In this document: one piece after another, positions 18,391 to 27,951 of the stretch
How the letters are laid out: every line of letters begins with the position of its first letter
Position numbering within the stretch: the first letter of the stretch is position 1
Assembly: GCA_038874135.1 (NCBI GenBank)
Contig: JAVZCZ010000001.1
Span: 544,001-608,000, forward strand
DNA from: Candidatus Woesearchaeota archaeon
Lineage (GTDB): Archaea; Nanobdellota; Nanobdellia; Woesearchaeales; 0-14-0-80-44-23
Direction: 5' to 3'
Length of the DNA: 64,000 nucleotides
Made by a program: the position numbers and the translations under genes
Notes under the pieces: generated by a model
Told to the model about the DNA's origin: nothing
Seen by the model: only the letters and a program-made list of their open reading frames with translations
Database searches by the model: none

Positions 18391-19808
18391 TTTCCCCTAC
18401 CCTTAGATACGTTGATGCCGTGAAGCTTGATAGAAGGGCCGCCAAACCAGACTGGTATTGCCTGCATCGGTTCGCCCTTTCCGCAGGTTCCTGCGTGGAA
18501 TTCAAGATTGTTGGCAACTGCCGTTACGCTGGAATAAAGCTTGGGTGTGGTAGTTTCTATTACTGGCTGAATAACAGGAGCAACTACTCTGCCATTCTTT
18601 ATCAGATAGGCTTCTGCCCCAACATACTTCTGATTAAGGCGAAGGTCATCTATATTCCACTCCATAAAGTTCCTGATATAAACACCAAGCCTGATGCTCT
18701 CAATGAGCTCTTCTTCACTCATTTTTTGTGGAACAAAATATGTGTTTGCCATCCTAACTATTGGCTCATAGTTATAATTAACTGCCCTAGCAGCCCCATT
18801 GCTGTGCGTTGAAAACTGAGATGCGGTCTCCCTATTGTTAAGGAACTCGTTTATCTTCCCATCCTTAAAAAGCATTCTTCTTCTAGCTTTTACTCCCTCA
18901 TCATCATAGAGGTAGTACCCAAAACTGTTAGGTATTGTTGGATCGTCAGCAATATTAACTAAAGGGGTGCCAATCTTTGAGCCCAACATGTTGGGGTTGA
19001 TAAAAGATTCGCCGGCCTGAGCGGCTTCTCTGCTTAGAATTCTGTCCGCTTCACTGGGGTGTCCGCAGCTTTCGTGCACAATGATTCCAACAACTTCGGG
19101 AGCGCACACAACATCAACCTTGCCTCTTGGCGGTTTTATTCCAAACTGCAGGTTCTTTTTCAGCGCGTTTGCCTCATCGCTAAGTTTCTGCTGAAGGTTC
19201 CATTTTTTAAATATCTCATAACCAGAAGAAGCTCCGTATAACCAAGAACGCTGGCTACTTCTGCCCAGATGCTTTATTGAGAAGTTATAATAAAGAGATA
19301 TTCGTGGAATTCTAGATTGTATCCTTGAACCTTCGCTGTTAATAAAATAGGTCTCAGAGACTTTGTCGTGAAGTGACAAATACCTCTCACTGGACTTATT
19401 ACTAATTGAAGTGTCAATGCTGCTGAGTAAATCTGTTTTTTGTTCTCCAGATACATCTAAAACTTTTTTTATTTCGCCAACAGAATATTTTGCCTTGCAT
19501 ACCGGCTCATCTGAGAGTGAAATCCTCTCAGCCTTTGAGGCTCTAAGTGATTTTCTGATTGCCTTCTCCGCAAGCTCAACAAGGTTGTCCTTTGAGAGGT
19601 TGTTTGTAGAAAAAAACCCCATGCTATCCTTAGCTGTGAAACGAGTGCTTATGCCCTTTTCAAAAGAGGAAGAAGAAGCTTCCAAGGCGCCGTTTTTAAG
19701 AATATAAGATGAGTGAAATGAAACTTCAGCTCTAACTTCAACATACTCAACCTGCTTTTTAATGTGGGAAAGCAGATAATCTGAAAGTGCAATAAGTTTT
19801 GAGTCCAT
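18387..19808 (-). CDS. tldD: TldD metalloprotease
   Basis: VHESCGHPSEAD, YDDEGV, RMANTY, GTCGKGEPMQ. Confidence 0.9.
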   Translation of the reverse strand: MDSKLIALSDYLLSHIKKQVEYVEVRAEVSFHSSYILKNGALEASSSSFEKGISTRFTAKDSMGFFSTNNLSKDNLVELAEKAIRKSLRASKAERISLSDEPVCKAKYSVGEIKKVLDVSGEQKTDLLSSIDTSISNKSSERYLSLHDKVSETYFINSEGSRIQSRIPRISLYYNFSIKHLGRSSQRSWLYGASSGYEIFKKWNLQQKLSDEANALKKNLQFGIKPPRGKVDVVCAPEVVGIIVHESCGHPSEADRILSREAAQAGESFINPNMLGSKIGTPLVNIADDPTIPNSFGYYLYDDEGVKARRRMLFKDGKINEFLNNRETASQFSTHSNGAARAVNYNYEPIVRMANTYFVPQKMSEEELIESIRLGVYIRNFMEWNIDDLRLNQKYVGAEAYLIKNGRVVAPVIQPVIETTTPKLYSSVTAVANNLEFHAGTCGKGEPMQAIPVWFGGPSIKLHGINVSKGRGK

Positions 19809-19910
19809 AACAATCCGAGAAAAACGGCTCATTTAAATATTTTACCCGAACACTGGACATTGGACATCTGCAGAAAAACTATTTAAACAAAATTAGAAAA
19901 ACAAAACTTA

Positions 19911-20006
19911 GGCCTGCCCAAAAAGGGCGGTCCATCCTGCCCTGGAAGGAGCCGCTCATGCGGTACCTTCATAATATAAGGGGCTTGAAACAAGATGCGA
20001 ATAGCA
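19911..20006 (+). promoter_or_regulatory. Putative structured 5' leader (six short hairpins) of the ssb-like/radA operon
   Basis: GC-rich island starting ~25 nt after TATTTAAA (19880-19887) with consecutive inverted repeats. Confidence 0.4.
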
Positions 20007-20020
20007 AGAGGATGGAGAAA

Positions 20021-20302
20021 ATGAAAGAGCAAAAAGAAAAAATTCTGCCGGAAAAGAAGATAAAGGCCGGCGCAATAACTGCCACAATTTGGAAAAATCG
20101 TTCTGAAGCTGGAGGCAACGAATTCAGAACAATATCTCTGAGCAGGAATTACAAAGACAAAGATGGAAACTGGCAGAGAACTCAAACCTTAAGAGTGAGC
20201 GACTTGCCTAAGGCTCAGCTTGTTCTTGCAAAAGCGTATGAATACCTCGTAATGGAGAGTCCCGAGGAATCTGAGGATATTGAAGTTGAAAATATTGAGT
20301 AG
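20021..20302 (+). CDS. Small putative ssDNA-binding protein (PC4/Whirly-like) with acidic tail
   Basis: GAITATIWKN, ISLSRNYKDKDGNW, LRVSDLPKA; acidic C-terminus; directly upstream of radA. Confidence 0.65.
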   Translation: MKEQKEKILPEKKIKAGAITATIWKNRSEAGGNEFRTISLSRNYKDKDGNWQRTQTLRVSDLPKAQLVLAKAYEYLVMESPEESEDIEVENIE

Positions 20303-20311
20303 GTGAACAAA

Positions 20312-21331
20312 ATGAAAAAGAGAGAAGAAATTGAAGAAACTGAAGAAGAATATGAGGAAGATTCTGAATTTAGTGCAGAATCTTTAGAAAAAAGTCCCGA
20401 AGGAATGACTCTGCTAGACATTCCAGGAATAGGTGCTGCGACTGCTGAAAAACTTGTAAATGCGGGTTACAGAAATATGATGAGCATAGCTGTTGCAACT
20501 CCTGGAGAGCTTATGGAAGTTGCAGGATTAACTGAACTTGCAGCCAAGAAGGCAATAAACTATGCCAGGGACAAGCTCAAAATGAGTTTTGAATCAGCAG
20601 ATGAAGTTCTGAAAAAGAGAGAAAGGGTTGAAAAGATAAAGACTCCGAGCGAAGAGCTTAACAGGCTGATGGGCGGCGGTTTTGAGACCTGTGCAATAAC
20701 AGAAGCATTCGGAGAGTTCGGATCGGGAAAAACACAGCTGGCTAATGTGCTTGCAGTTTATGTCCAGAAACTCAACCCCGAGTACAATGTCGTATACATA
20801 GACACTGAGAGCACATTCCGCCCTGAGAGAATTGTACAGATTGCAAAAGCTGCCGGGATGGATCCTGAAAAGGTTCTAAAGAACATAAAGGTTGCCCGCG
20901 CATACAACTCAGACCATCAGATGATACTTGCAGAGAAGGTAGAAGAGCTTATTGAGAAGAACCATCTTCCAGTAAAGCTCATAATCGTGGACTCCCTAAC
21001 AGCGCATTTCAGGGCGGAATTTATAGGGCGGGGAACCTTGGCTGATAGACAGCAGAAGCTCAACAAGCACATGCACACACTTATGAGAATTGCGGACAAG
21101 TACAACCTGGCAGTGTTTGTAACAAACCAGGTAATGGCAAAGCCAGACATCTTCTTCGGAGACCCAACCCAGGCAATAGGAGGCCACATAGTCGCACACG
21201 CTTCAACGTACAGGATATACCTGAGGAAGGGAAAGAAGGGAAGCAGGGTTGCCAAGCTTGTAGATAGTCCAAACCTGCCAGAAGCAGAAGCAATCTTCTA
21301 TGTGGATGAAACGGGCATAAGGGACAAGTGA
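20312..21331 (+). CDS. radA: DNA repair and recombination protein RadA
   Basis: HhH N-domain, [39 protein letters not shown]. Confidence 0.97.
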   Translation: MKKREEIEETEEEYEEDSEFSAESLEKSPEGMTLLDIPGIGAATAEKLVNAGYRNMMSIAVATPGELMEVAGLTELAAKKAINYARDKLKMSFESADEVLKKRERVEKIKTPSEELNRLMGGGFETCAITEAFGEFGSGKTQLANVLAVYVQKLNPEYNVVYIDTESTFRPERIVQIAKAAGMDPEKVLKNIKVARAYNSDHQMILAEKVEELIEKNHLPVKLIIVDSLTAHFRAEFIGRGTLADRQQKLNKHMHTLMRIADKYNLAVFVTNQVMAKPDIFFGDPTQAIGGHIVAHASTYRIYLRKGKKGSRVAKLVDSPNLPEAEAIFYVDETGIRDK

Positions 21332-21333
21332 TG

Positions 21334-22341
21334 TCAATTCTTTTTTTCAAATTCTTCTATTATCCTATTTATCTTTGGAAGGTATTCTTCAGCATATCTC
21401 TCTCCAATAGAGATTCCCTCAGGCATTGCCAGAAGGTTAAAAGCGCTCAGCCGGTCTTTGCAGGCGTCTATAATCAGATCTGGAGGTTCACAGGGCTTTC
21501 TTCCAAGACTCTTATAGTAAAGCTTAACTGATTTTAAAAGCAGTGAGGAAAAAGAAGTGGAGCCTACAATACTTGAGATCCTTTCAGCTCTACCTCTTTT
21601 ATTATTATAAGCTAGGTATGTTTTTAATTTTTCAAAAGCTGGCATTATATATTCTGCCAACCTGCTGTTACTTCTGAGTTCTTTAAGTATCTTCTGCTCA
21701 TAATTCTCAATGAGTGTTAAAGAGTCTTTTCTGAGCTGGCGCATTCTTTCAGATATCTTATCTCCTGTTGTAAGAATTGCGTGACCTATCCTCTTATCAA
21801 AATTTGAATTTTCAAGATTTACACCTATCTTAATATCGACTTGGAGTAGGGCGTCAACGGGAAGATTATTAAGTACGCCTCCATCCACTAAAGACATCCC
21901 GGCATATGTTACGGGCTCAAAAACGAACGGTACTGAACAGCTGGCGTGAACGAGCCTGGACAGCGGGCCTCTTGTGAAGCATATGTCCCTCTCGCTTTTC
22001 AAATCAAAAGCAACTATGCCTAGGTAGATGCTTGAATCTTCAATCCTGTGCCTGCCAAGAATCTTTTCCAATCTTTCTTCAAAAAGCTTCCCTTTGAGAA
22101 TACCTTTTGAAAAAGACGGGTCCATGAGGCTCTTAAGCTCTTTTCTGTCAAAGGATAGAACATATTTTTCAAGGTTGTACAAGCGGCGAAATGCGTATGC
22201 AGATCCTACAATTGCTCCTGCACTGGTGCCTGTAATTGCAACTATCTTTAAATTTTCACGAGCTAATCTTTTAAGTATTCCAAGATGTATTGAACCGCGG
22301 GCGCCACCCCCACTCAGGGCAAATCCTATTTCTGGACGCAT
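21334..22341 (-). CDS. Patatin-like phospholipase
   Basis: SGGGARG, GTSAG, VDGG. Confidence 0.9.
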   Translation of the reverse strand: MRPEIGFALSGGGARGSIHLGILKRLARENLKIVAITGTSAGAIVGSAYAFRRLYNLEKYVLSFDRKELKSLMDPSFSKGILKGKLFEERLEKILGRHRIEDSSIYLGIVAFDLKSERDICFTRGPLSRLVHASCSVPFVFEPVTYAGMSLVDGGVLNNLPVDALLQVDIKIGVNLENSNFDKRIGHAILTTGDKISERMRQLRKDSLTLIENYEQKILKELRSNSRLAEYIMPAFEKLKTYLAYNNKRGRAERISSIVGSTSFSSLLLKSVKLYYKSLGRKPCEPPDLIIDACKDRLSAFNLLAMPEGISIGERYAEEYLPKINRIIEEFEKKN

Positions 22342-22343
22342 AT

Positions 22344-22493
22344 TCAAAGGCCTATGCACTTTAAGAAGGTGTTGCCACACTTCTCGCAGACATAACGCTC
22401 ATACTTTGCATTTCCACTCTGCAACATTCCTTTTTTAGTCATCTGAGCGCCGCACTTCTCACACTTCACAATTTTAACTGCTGTTGAAACCAT
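22344..22493 (-). CDS. Small Zn-ribbon protein (49 aa)
   Basis: Two CEKCG knuckles; start moved to ATG 22493. Confidence 0.7.
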   Translation of the reverse strand: MVSTAVKIVKCEKCGAQMTKKGMLQSGNAKYERYVCEKCGNTFLKCIGL

Positions 22494-22584
22494 GCTGAAA
22501 AATAATTTTGTGACCTTTATAATTTTTATGTTTTTCAAATTTCTTAGAAACATTTAAAAATCGAATTTGAATAGTTGGTTTGAC

Positions 22585-22709
22585 GCCGAGGTCGCATAGC
22601 CTGGTATTGCGAAGGATTGCTAATCCTTTGCCCGAAAGGGTCCAAGGGTTCAAAGCACTTTCATAAATGAGGCTTTTGCCTTATGTGTGTGAAAGTCCCT
22701 TCCTCGGCG
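22585..22709 (+). tRNA. tRNA-Ser(GCT) with 41-nt non-canonical intron at 59/60 (22655-22695)
   Basis: Acceptor GCCGAGG/CCTCGGC-G, AAGGA-TT-GCT-AA-TCCTT, long variable arm; T-arm AAGGG-TTCAAA[intron]T-CCCTT with perfect BHB. Confidence 0.93.
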
Positions 22710-22732
22710 TCTCTTACATTACCTGACAGAAA

Positions 22733-24715
22733 ATGCATAATTATATCAGAAAAATTGCGATTCTTATCTCCTTATTAGTTCTATTAAGCCAGCTCGCATT
22801 TGCCAGCGAATACTGGCCTGAACTTAGCTACCATGCGAAGATTAATGTTTCCATTATTGGAAAAATTAAACTAAAAGATGCTTATGGGGTCAGCTATGTG
22901 AAGGCGAATGTTTCAATGTTTCCTAGAAATGATTCTTGGCACAGAACACTCATCTCAGAAAGCCCTGTGGGAAAGCTAACTGAAGGTAACATAATTTTCA
23001 AATGGGAGTATCCTGAAGATGACATTCTGGAATATAAAGTTTCTGCACTTGTAGATTCCGAAAGGGAAATTCCGAAGATCAGTGAAGAAAATAAATTTCC
23101 AGTGATAAAACTGGAAGAGGGATATTCAAAATATCTGGCACCTTATGAAAAGGTTAAATTAGGAGTTGAATTCTCAGGTCTGGCTTCAGAAATAACTAAG
23201 GGAAGTTCATCTCTTTTTGAAGCTGCTTCAAGAATTAGCTATTGGGTTTCAAAGAATGTAAAGTATGATGCTGAATTTGGAAGCGCAGTTTACGATTCAA
23301 AATGGGTCTTAGAGAATAGAAGAGGCACTTGTGACGAATTCGCAACACTTTTCATAGCACTCTGCAGAGCAGTTGGAATTCCGGCAAGGTATGTGGCCGG
23401 GATTGCCTACTCAAACCTTGAAGGTGCGGACGGTTTTGAAAGTCATGCGTGGGCTGAGGTTTACTTCCCAACATACGGCTGGGTGCCTTTTGACCCGACT
23501 TATAATCAACACGGCTATGTAGATGTTTCACACATCCCATTCATATATTCTGAAGACTCTGCAATAATTCCTGCAGAATATGCTATGATGGCGAAGGCTG
23601 GAACTTTTTCTGCTGAAAGATTGAACATCTCTGCTTCAGTCGTGAATAGGGATAACTTCAGAGATGAGCTCCAGATAAACCTTTCTCCCGAGTGGGCAGA
23701 AGTTTGCCTAAGCTCATATGATGTCTTAGTTGCAGAGGTCTATAATCCGAATAATTACTATGTTGCTAGGGTTATTTCAATTTCTAGGAGCGATGCGCTA
23801 ATCCTTGAATCTGAACGTGAGGTTCTCGTAGTGCTGGCTCCTTTTGAAAAGAAAAAAATTTACTGGTTGGTTAGAACATATGGGCTTGAACGCCAGTTCA
23901 TATATTCAATTCCAGTAAGAGCTTATCTAATAAATGACGCAAATATTTCCACAGCCACTCTGATAAAGGCTCATGAGCATGCAGAGTGCATAAGTGAAGA
24001 AGCTGCTGTTGAGAGGATTAAGAAGATAAAAGATGAAGTACCGGAGAGATACGATTCTGAGATTATCCTAAACTGCCAACTTTCTAAAATTTATATTAAT
24101 GAGAATGCAACTGCCACTTGTTCAGTTAAGAATGTAGGAAATGCTCCTGCAAAGGGTGTTGTTGTCTGCTCGCTGGGAACCTGTCATACTTTAAATCTGT
24201 CAATAATGGAAGAATTTAGAGTTAAGTTTCCTCTGAATTCAAGCGGCTTAGGAAATTTTTCACAGTACATAACAATTACCAAAGAAAAATCATCCGCTAG
24301 ATACAGAATAGACTATGAAGTCGTAGAACGCCCTTCAGTTAAAATAAATATATCCAAATTATTCATTAATAAATCTGAAATTTTACTAAGGTTTGAGATA
24401 ATTCCTCAGGCGGGAATGCCAATAATCAAAAAAGTAGCTGTTTCAGACGGAAGCTCAGTTTTTTTCTCCGAATCATTTAATAGCACCGTTACAAATTATT
24501 CAAATTCAATAGGGGTCAGCAAAAAAATTATGCCGAAGGGAAACTCAACATTGAGTGTTGAAGTGTTCTATGAGGACTTGTATGGTTATGAATATTCTGA
24601 AAAGAACCATGTTGAAGTTTATATAGAGAAGAACTTTTTAGAAGAAGTATTTAACAAGATTGCTTCCTGCTATGAATATGTTAGAAAAATAATTTTTTAT
24701 TTCTCAAAGCTATGA
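22733..24715 (+). CDS. Secreted/surface transglutaminase-like domain protein
   Basis: Signal peptide; triad GTCDEFA, SHAWAEV, WVPFDPT; Ig-like C-terminal region with many NxS/T sequons. Confidence 0.88.
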   Translation: MHNYIRKIAILISLLVLLSQLAFASEYWPELSYHAKINVSIIGKIKLKDAYGVSYVKANVSMFPRNDSWHRTLISESPVGKLTEGNIIFKWEYPEDDILEYKVSALVDSEREIPKISEENKFPVIKLEEGYSKYLAPYEKVKLGVEFSGLASEITKGSSSLFEAASRISYWVSKNVKYDAEFGSAVYDSKWVLENRRGTCDEFATLFIALCRAVGIPARYVAGIAYSNLEGADGFESHAWAEVYFPTYGWVPFDPTYNQHGYVDVSHIPFIYSEDSAIIPAEYAMMAKAGTFSAERLNISASVVNRDNFRDELQINLSPEWAEVCLSSYDVLVAEVYNPNNYYVARVISISRSDALILESEREVLVVLAPFEKKKIYWLVRTYGLERQFIYSIPVRAYLINDANISTATLIKAHEHAECISEEAAVERIKKIKDEVPERYDSEIILNCQLSKIYINENATATCSVKNVGNAPAKGVVVCSLGTCHTLNLSIMEEFRVKFPLNSSGLGNFSQYITITKEKSSARYRIDYEVVERPSVKINISKLFINKSEILLRFEIIPQAGMPIIKKVAVSDGSSVFFSESFNSTVTNYSNSIGVSKKIMPKGNSTLSVEVFYEDLYGYEYSEKNHVEVYIEKNFLEEVFNKIASCYEYVRKIIFYFSKL

Positions 24716-25109
24716 ATTTGAGAACAAGCAGAGAGCTGGCTAAAAATAAAAACGAAAAAATTGCCACGCATATGAAAAATGCTTGAGATGCAGAGATGAC
24801 ATTCACAAATATTACGAGGAATGTGGATAATGTTGAAATAGAAACTGCTGCTATGAGCGTCTTATATGAATAATCAATAAAAAATGCTAAAAGAAAGGTC
24901 ATAATTGCAAAAACCAATTCAGTAAGAGTATTGTTTATTAAGAAGAAAAAGAGCGAAAGAAAAAATGTCAAAAATGTAAATCTTGCAGCGTGCGTTATAA
25001 AGGGTGTTATCTCATCTTTTTCAAAAAGACAGAACCGTCCCACAATTAGTCCTGCAGGAAATCCAGTAAGAGATACAACAAAAACTAAAAGAGTATTGAA
25101 GATCATCAT
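24681..25109 (-). CDS. Hypothetical membrane protein
   Basis: About 5 hydrophobic segments; coupled to upstream DHH gene. Confidence 0.7.
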   Translation of the reverse strand: MMIFNTLLVFVVSLTGFPAGLIVGRFCLFEKDEITPFITHAARFTFLTFFLSLFFFLINNTLTELVFAIMTFLLAFFIDYSYKTLIAAVSISTLSTFLVIFVNVISASQAFFICVAIFSFLFLASSLLVLKFIALRNKKLFF

Positions 25110-26266
25110 TCTGCCTCACTAATTAGTTGCCTAATATAGTTAATTATCTTATCAAGATGGCGTTTTGGAAATCTTATTGTACCGGCAGAAGGATGGCCGC
25201 CTCCTTCAATTCCGTCAAACCTTTGTTTAATTTTTGAAATTGTCTTATTTAAATCAAAACTTGGAAGGTTAGAGCGTACTATTATTGAATCTTCGCCAAC
25301 TGCTAATAGAATCACTTCTTTATTTTTCTTTTTCAATTCTTCAAAAACAATTCCTGCGAGCTTACCTGCAGGGGGATATTCTTGGGAGGAGTCAACACTG
25401 AAAAGTGCCAGGATTATTTCAGAACTTCCTCTCATGATTCTTTCCTCTTTCAACCTTGATAGAGCAGATTCAAGTGCTGTTTTGAGCTTATTCTCAATTT
25501 CGGGAGCTAATATGCCTAGAAGCTCAGCTCTATAGTTTGAGTCATTAAAGAAACGCTCAATTATGGCACGTCCTTCAACCTGCCCAAGATGATATGCTAA
25601 GAAGTCTATACTGGCTGCAATTTTTTTGATTGAATACTCATCCGCGCCTAAGAGGGAAATGTATGTTCTAAGCTCTTGAGAGCTGCTCTTATCTGCAACA
25701 CCTGCTAGGGCAGGTAATAGAAAATTTTCTTGAATACTCGGATTTACAATTAGAGAGAGCTCAAAAGCCAACATTCCTGTTGACAATGATCCATCAAAAC
25801 CTTGTTTGGTAGGGTTTATCTCTGCATCCAGAAGTTCAGAGCTTACTTCAACTGCGTGATGATCTATAACGACTAATCTGAGAGAGTTGAGCTTCATGTG
25901 CTGCACTATAAAATTTGACAGTGGACTAAGGTCTGCAAGTATTACCAAGGGTGGCTTAATCCAGGATTTTTCAGAATCAATGAAAAGCATGTCTTTTAGT
26001 GCGTCGGAGTAGGAATAGTACGGAGTTCTCATAGGGATTCTCTTATAGTACAACCTGCGTGTACTAAACTTATGAGCTTCATTTATGAATGGCAGAATTG
26101 CGGTTTCAAGCGCGAAGGCTGCACAATACCCGTCGCAATCCGCGTGGTGCCTTAATATAATGGGACGCCCCTCTCTTAATGCGTCCTTTATCTCAGAAGC
26201 TGCTTTTGCGAAATTCTGTTTCAGACTTTTTAACTGTTCAGAATCTATTGAAAATATTATTTCCAC
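25106..26266 (-). CDS. DHH/DHHA1 phosphoesterase (RecJ-like)
   Basis: HHADCDG, LAD, IDHH, GGGHPSAG. Confidence 0.85.
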   Translation of the reverse strand: MEIIFSIDSEQLKSLKQNFAKAASEIKDALREGRPIILRHHADCDGYCAAFALETAILPFINEAHKFSTRRLYYKRIPMRTPYYSYSDALKDMLFIDSEKSWIKPPLVILADLSPLSNFIVQHMKLNSLRLVVIDHHAVEVSSELLDAEINPTKQGFDGSLSTGMLAFELSLIVNPSIQENFLLPALAGVADKSSSQELRTYISLLGADEYSIKKIAASIDFLAYHLGQVEGRAIIERFFNDSNYRAELLGILAPEIENKLKTALESALSRLKEERIMRGSSEIILALFSVDSSQEYPPAGKLAGIVFEELKKKNKEVILLAVGEDSIIVRSNLPSFDLNKTISKIKQRFDGIEGGGHPSAGTIRFPKRHLDKIINYIRQLISEAE

Positions 26267-26505
26267 GCGCTATGCCCCCACTGCACCAAAAGTTTAATGC
26301 CTGTTCCTTGAAGGTTGGGAATGTCACAAGCTCCAAAGCATGAACCTGCCCAGAGAGCCACTTCGAAGTTTCCGTTTTTTTCAAGGAATTGCTGAATCTC
26401 TTTTGCCCTAGGTTTCAATCCTGACGGGAGCTGTAAACAAACCCTTTTTTCTCCACTTTTAAGGATATCTTTTAAAACCCGCTCAAGTTCCAAATCATAA
26501 TTCAT
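26257..26505 (-). CDS. dph2: Diphthamide synthesis protein Dph2, N-terminal domain only (82 aa)
   Basis: VCLQLPSGLK, SCFGACD, LVQWGHS. Confidence 0.8.
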   Translation of the reverse strand: MNYDLELERVLKDILKSGEKRVCLQLPSGLKPRAKEIQQFLEKNGNFEVALWAGSCFGACDIPNLQGTGIKLLVQWGHSAWK

Positions 26506-26588
26506 AAATGTAATATTCAGTTCGCATTATAAAAAATTTTCCACTAAAGAGAATGAGCAGCATTTTTTAAATTTAAAATTTGTAATAA

Positions 26589-27158
26589 CTATGTGATTTT
26601 TGTTAATGTTTGCTTTATTCTTTCAATCTCTCGTTTAAGCTCAGCTATTCTCTCCTGGTTATCCTCCCTGTCCATGAGCGCGCCGCATTCTGGACATTTG
26701 AAGTTGAAGCTCATTGCCTGTTCATAATCCACGCGCATGCACCTGTTAGGGCATGAAAAGAAGCTGTGTTTTTCCTCTCTCTCTAAGATGGAATTCAACT
26801 GCTCCAACCTTTTCTTCTGAATTGCCTTGTAGAGCAGCATCAGCCTGTCAGCGTCAAATGTCCAGTAGTAAATATACCACCCTTTTATTTTGTCCTTCTT
26901 CCTTACAGAAGTCACAAGGTTAAGCTTATGCAGTGCATAGAGTATGTTTCGCGTTTGATTGATATCTTTTTTTATTCTATCAGAAAGTTCGTACTCTGAA
27001 ACAGAGTCCTTCTTTAAAAGTATCTGAACTAGGGGAATCGCATCTGCTCCAACTATCTCTTTTACTGCATCCAAAACTAAAGAGCTCCTGCTTCTATTTT
27101 GCGTTGTAGCTTTTTGCTTATTTAAACTGGAATCGCTCCTATCTTTTTTCTTACTCAT
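26589..27158 (-). CDS. tfe: Transcription factor E alpha
   Basis: Winged helix with RNILYAL and GWYIYYW; Zn ribbon CPNRC...FKCPECG. Confidence 0.92.
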   Translation of the reverse strand: MSKKKDRSDSSLNKQKATTQNRSRSSLVLDAVKEIVGADAIPLVQILLKKDSVSEYELSDRIKKDINQTRNILYALHKLNLVTSVRKKDKIKGWYIYYWTFDADRLMLLYKAIQKKRLEQLNSILEREEKHSFFSCPNRCMRVDYEQAMSFNFKCPECGALMDREDNQERIAELKREIERIKQTLTKIT

Positions 27159-27163
27159 TTTTA

Positions 27164-27553
27164 TCAGGAAATTAATTCTTTAAACGAGAGGCCTCTTTGT
27201 CTCGCCAGTTGCAGAGATATCACAAAGTTTCCACTCTCAAGACGCTTAAGCTCTTCAGGAGAGATGAAAAACCATTCTAACTTATCAAACCGTATGCCTA
27301 TCCATGGCTCTGCGCCAAACCTTTCTGCAAAGGATACTACCTGTTCAACATCATCTTTTGAAAGATATTTTTTCAAGTCGTGAATACTTTTACATTCTAC
27401 AGCAATTCTTCTAACCTTATTTCCAGCTAATACATCAGGGTTGGGAAAACGGGCGCTGCCAGAACCTGCCACCCTTATCGCTGCCCAGCCGTGCTGCCAG
27501 AACATTTCCACGAGCTCCCGCTCCGCATTGCTCCCCTTAGCTTTCCTATTCAT
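27164..27553 (-). CDS. hjc: Holliday junction resolvase Hjc
   Basis: KGSNAEREL, RVAGSG, PDVLAG, VECKS. Confidence 0.95.
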   Translation of the reverse strand: MNRKAKGSNAERELVEMFWQHGWAAIRVAGSGSARFPNPDVLAGNKVRRIAVECKSIHDLKKYLSKDDVEQVVSFAERFGAEPWIGIRFDKLEWFFISPEELKRLESGNFVISLQLARQRGLSFKELIS

Positions 27554-27639
27554 AAAAGGGCAGGATAAATGGTGCTTTATTTTAATCTTTTCTATTGAAT
27601 ACAGAAAATATTTTAAAGAAACAGGTATAATTTAGATGC

Positions 27640-27924
27640 ATGCGTATAATAATAGACACTCAAAACGAGTCTAAAGAGGGAATCGCTGCTGCAATACGGA
27701 TGCTTAAAGCCCTTTTGGAAGAAATGCCTGAAATAAAATCCTCTGAAAAAAGTCAGAAAGCTCCTGAACTTAGCATAATGCCTCAGCAGGCTGAAGAAGA
27801 AAAAAGGCAGGAAGAGTTAAAGATTGAGAACGGATTCATAAACATACTTTCAGGAGAGGAGCTTGTGAGGGTTGGAAAGGAAGATAAGAAGGACGAAGAA
27901 GATTTAAACTTTGAAACATACTGA
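27640..27924 (+). CDS. Hypothetical protein
   Basis: 94-aa ORF with TATA upstream; acidic C-terminus. Confidence 0.65.
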   Translation: MRIIIDTQNESKEGIAAAIRMLKALLEEMPEIKSSEKSQKAPELSIMPQQAEEEKRQEELKIENGFINILSGEELVRVGKEDKKDEEDLNFETY

Positions 27925-27951
27925 AGAGTTCGTACAAAAAAGGGGTGACGG

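Noticed and set aside
22655-22695. K-turn in the tRNA-Ser intron
   Set aside because: ATGA-GGC-TTTT-GCC is present but the partner GA is missing; it folds as a plain hairpin.
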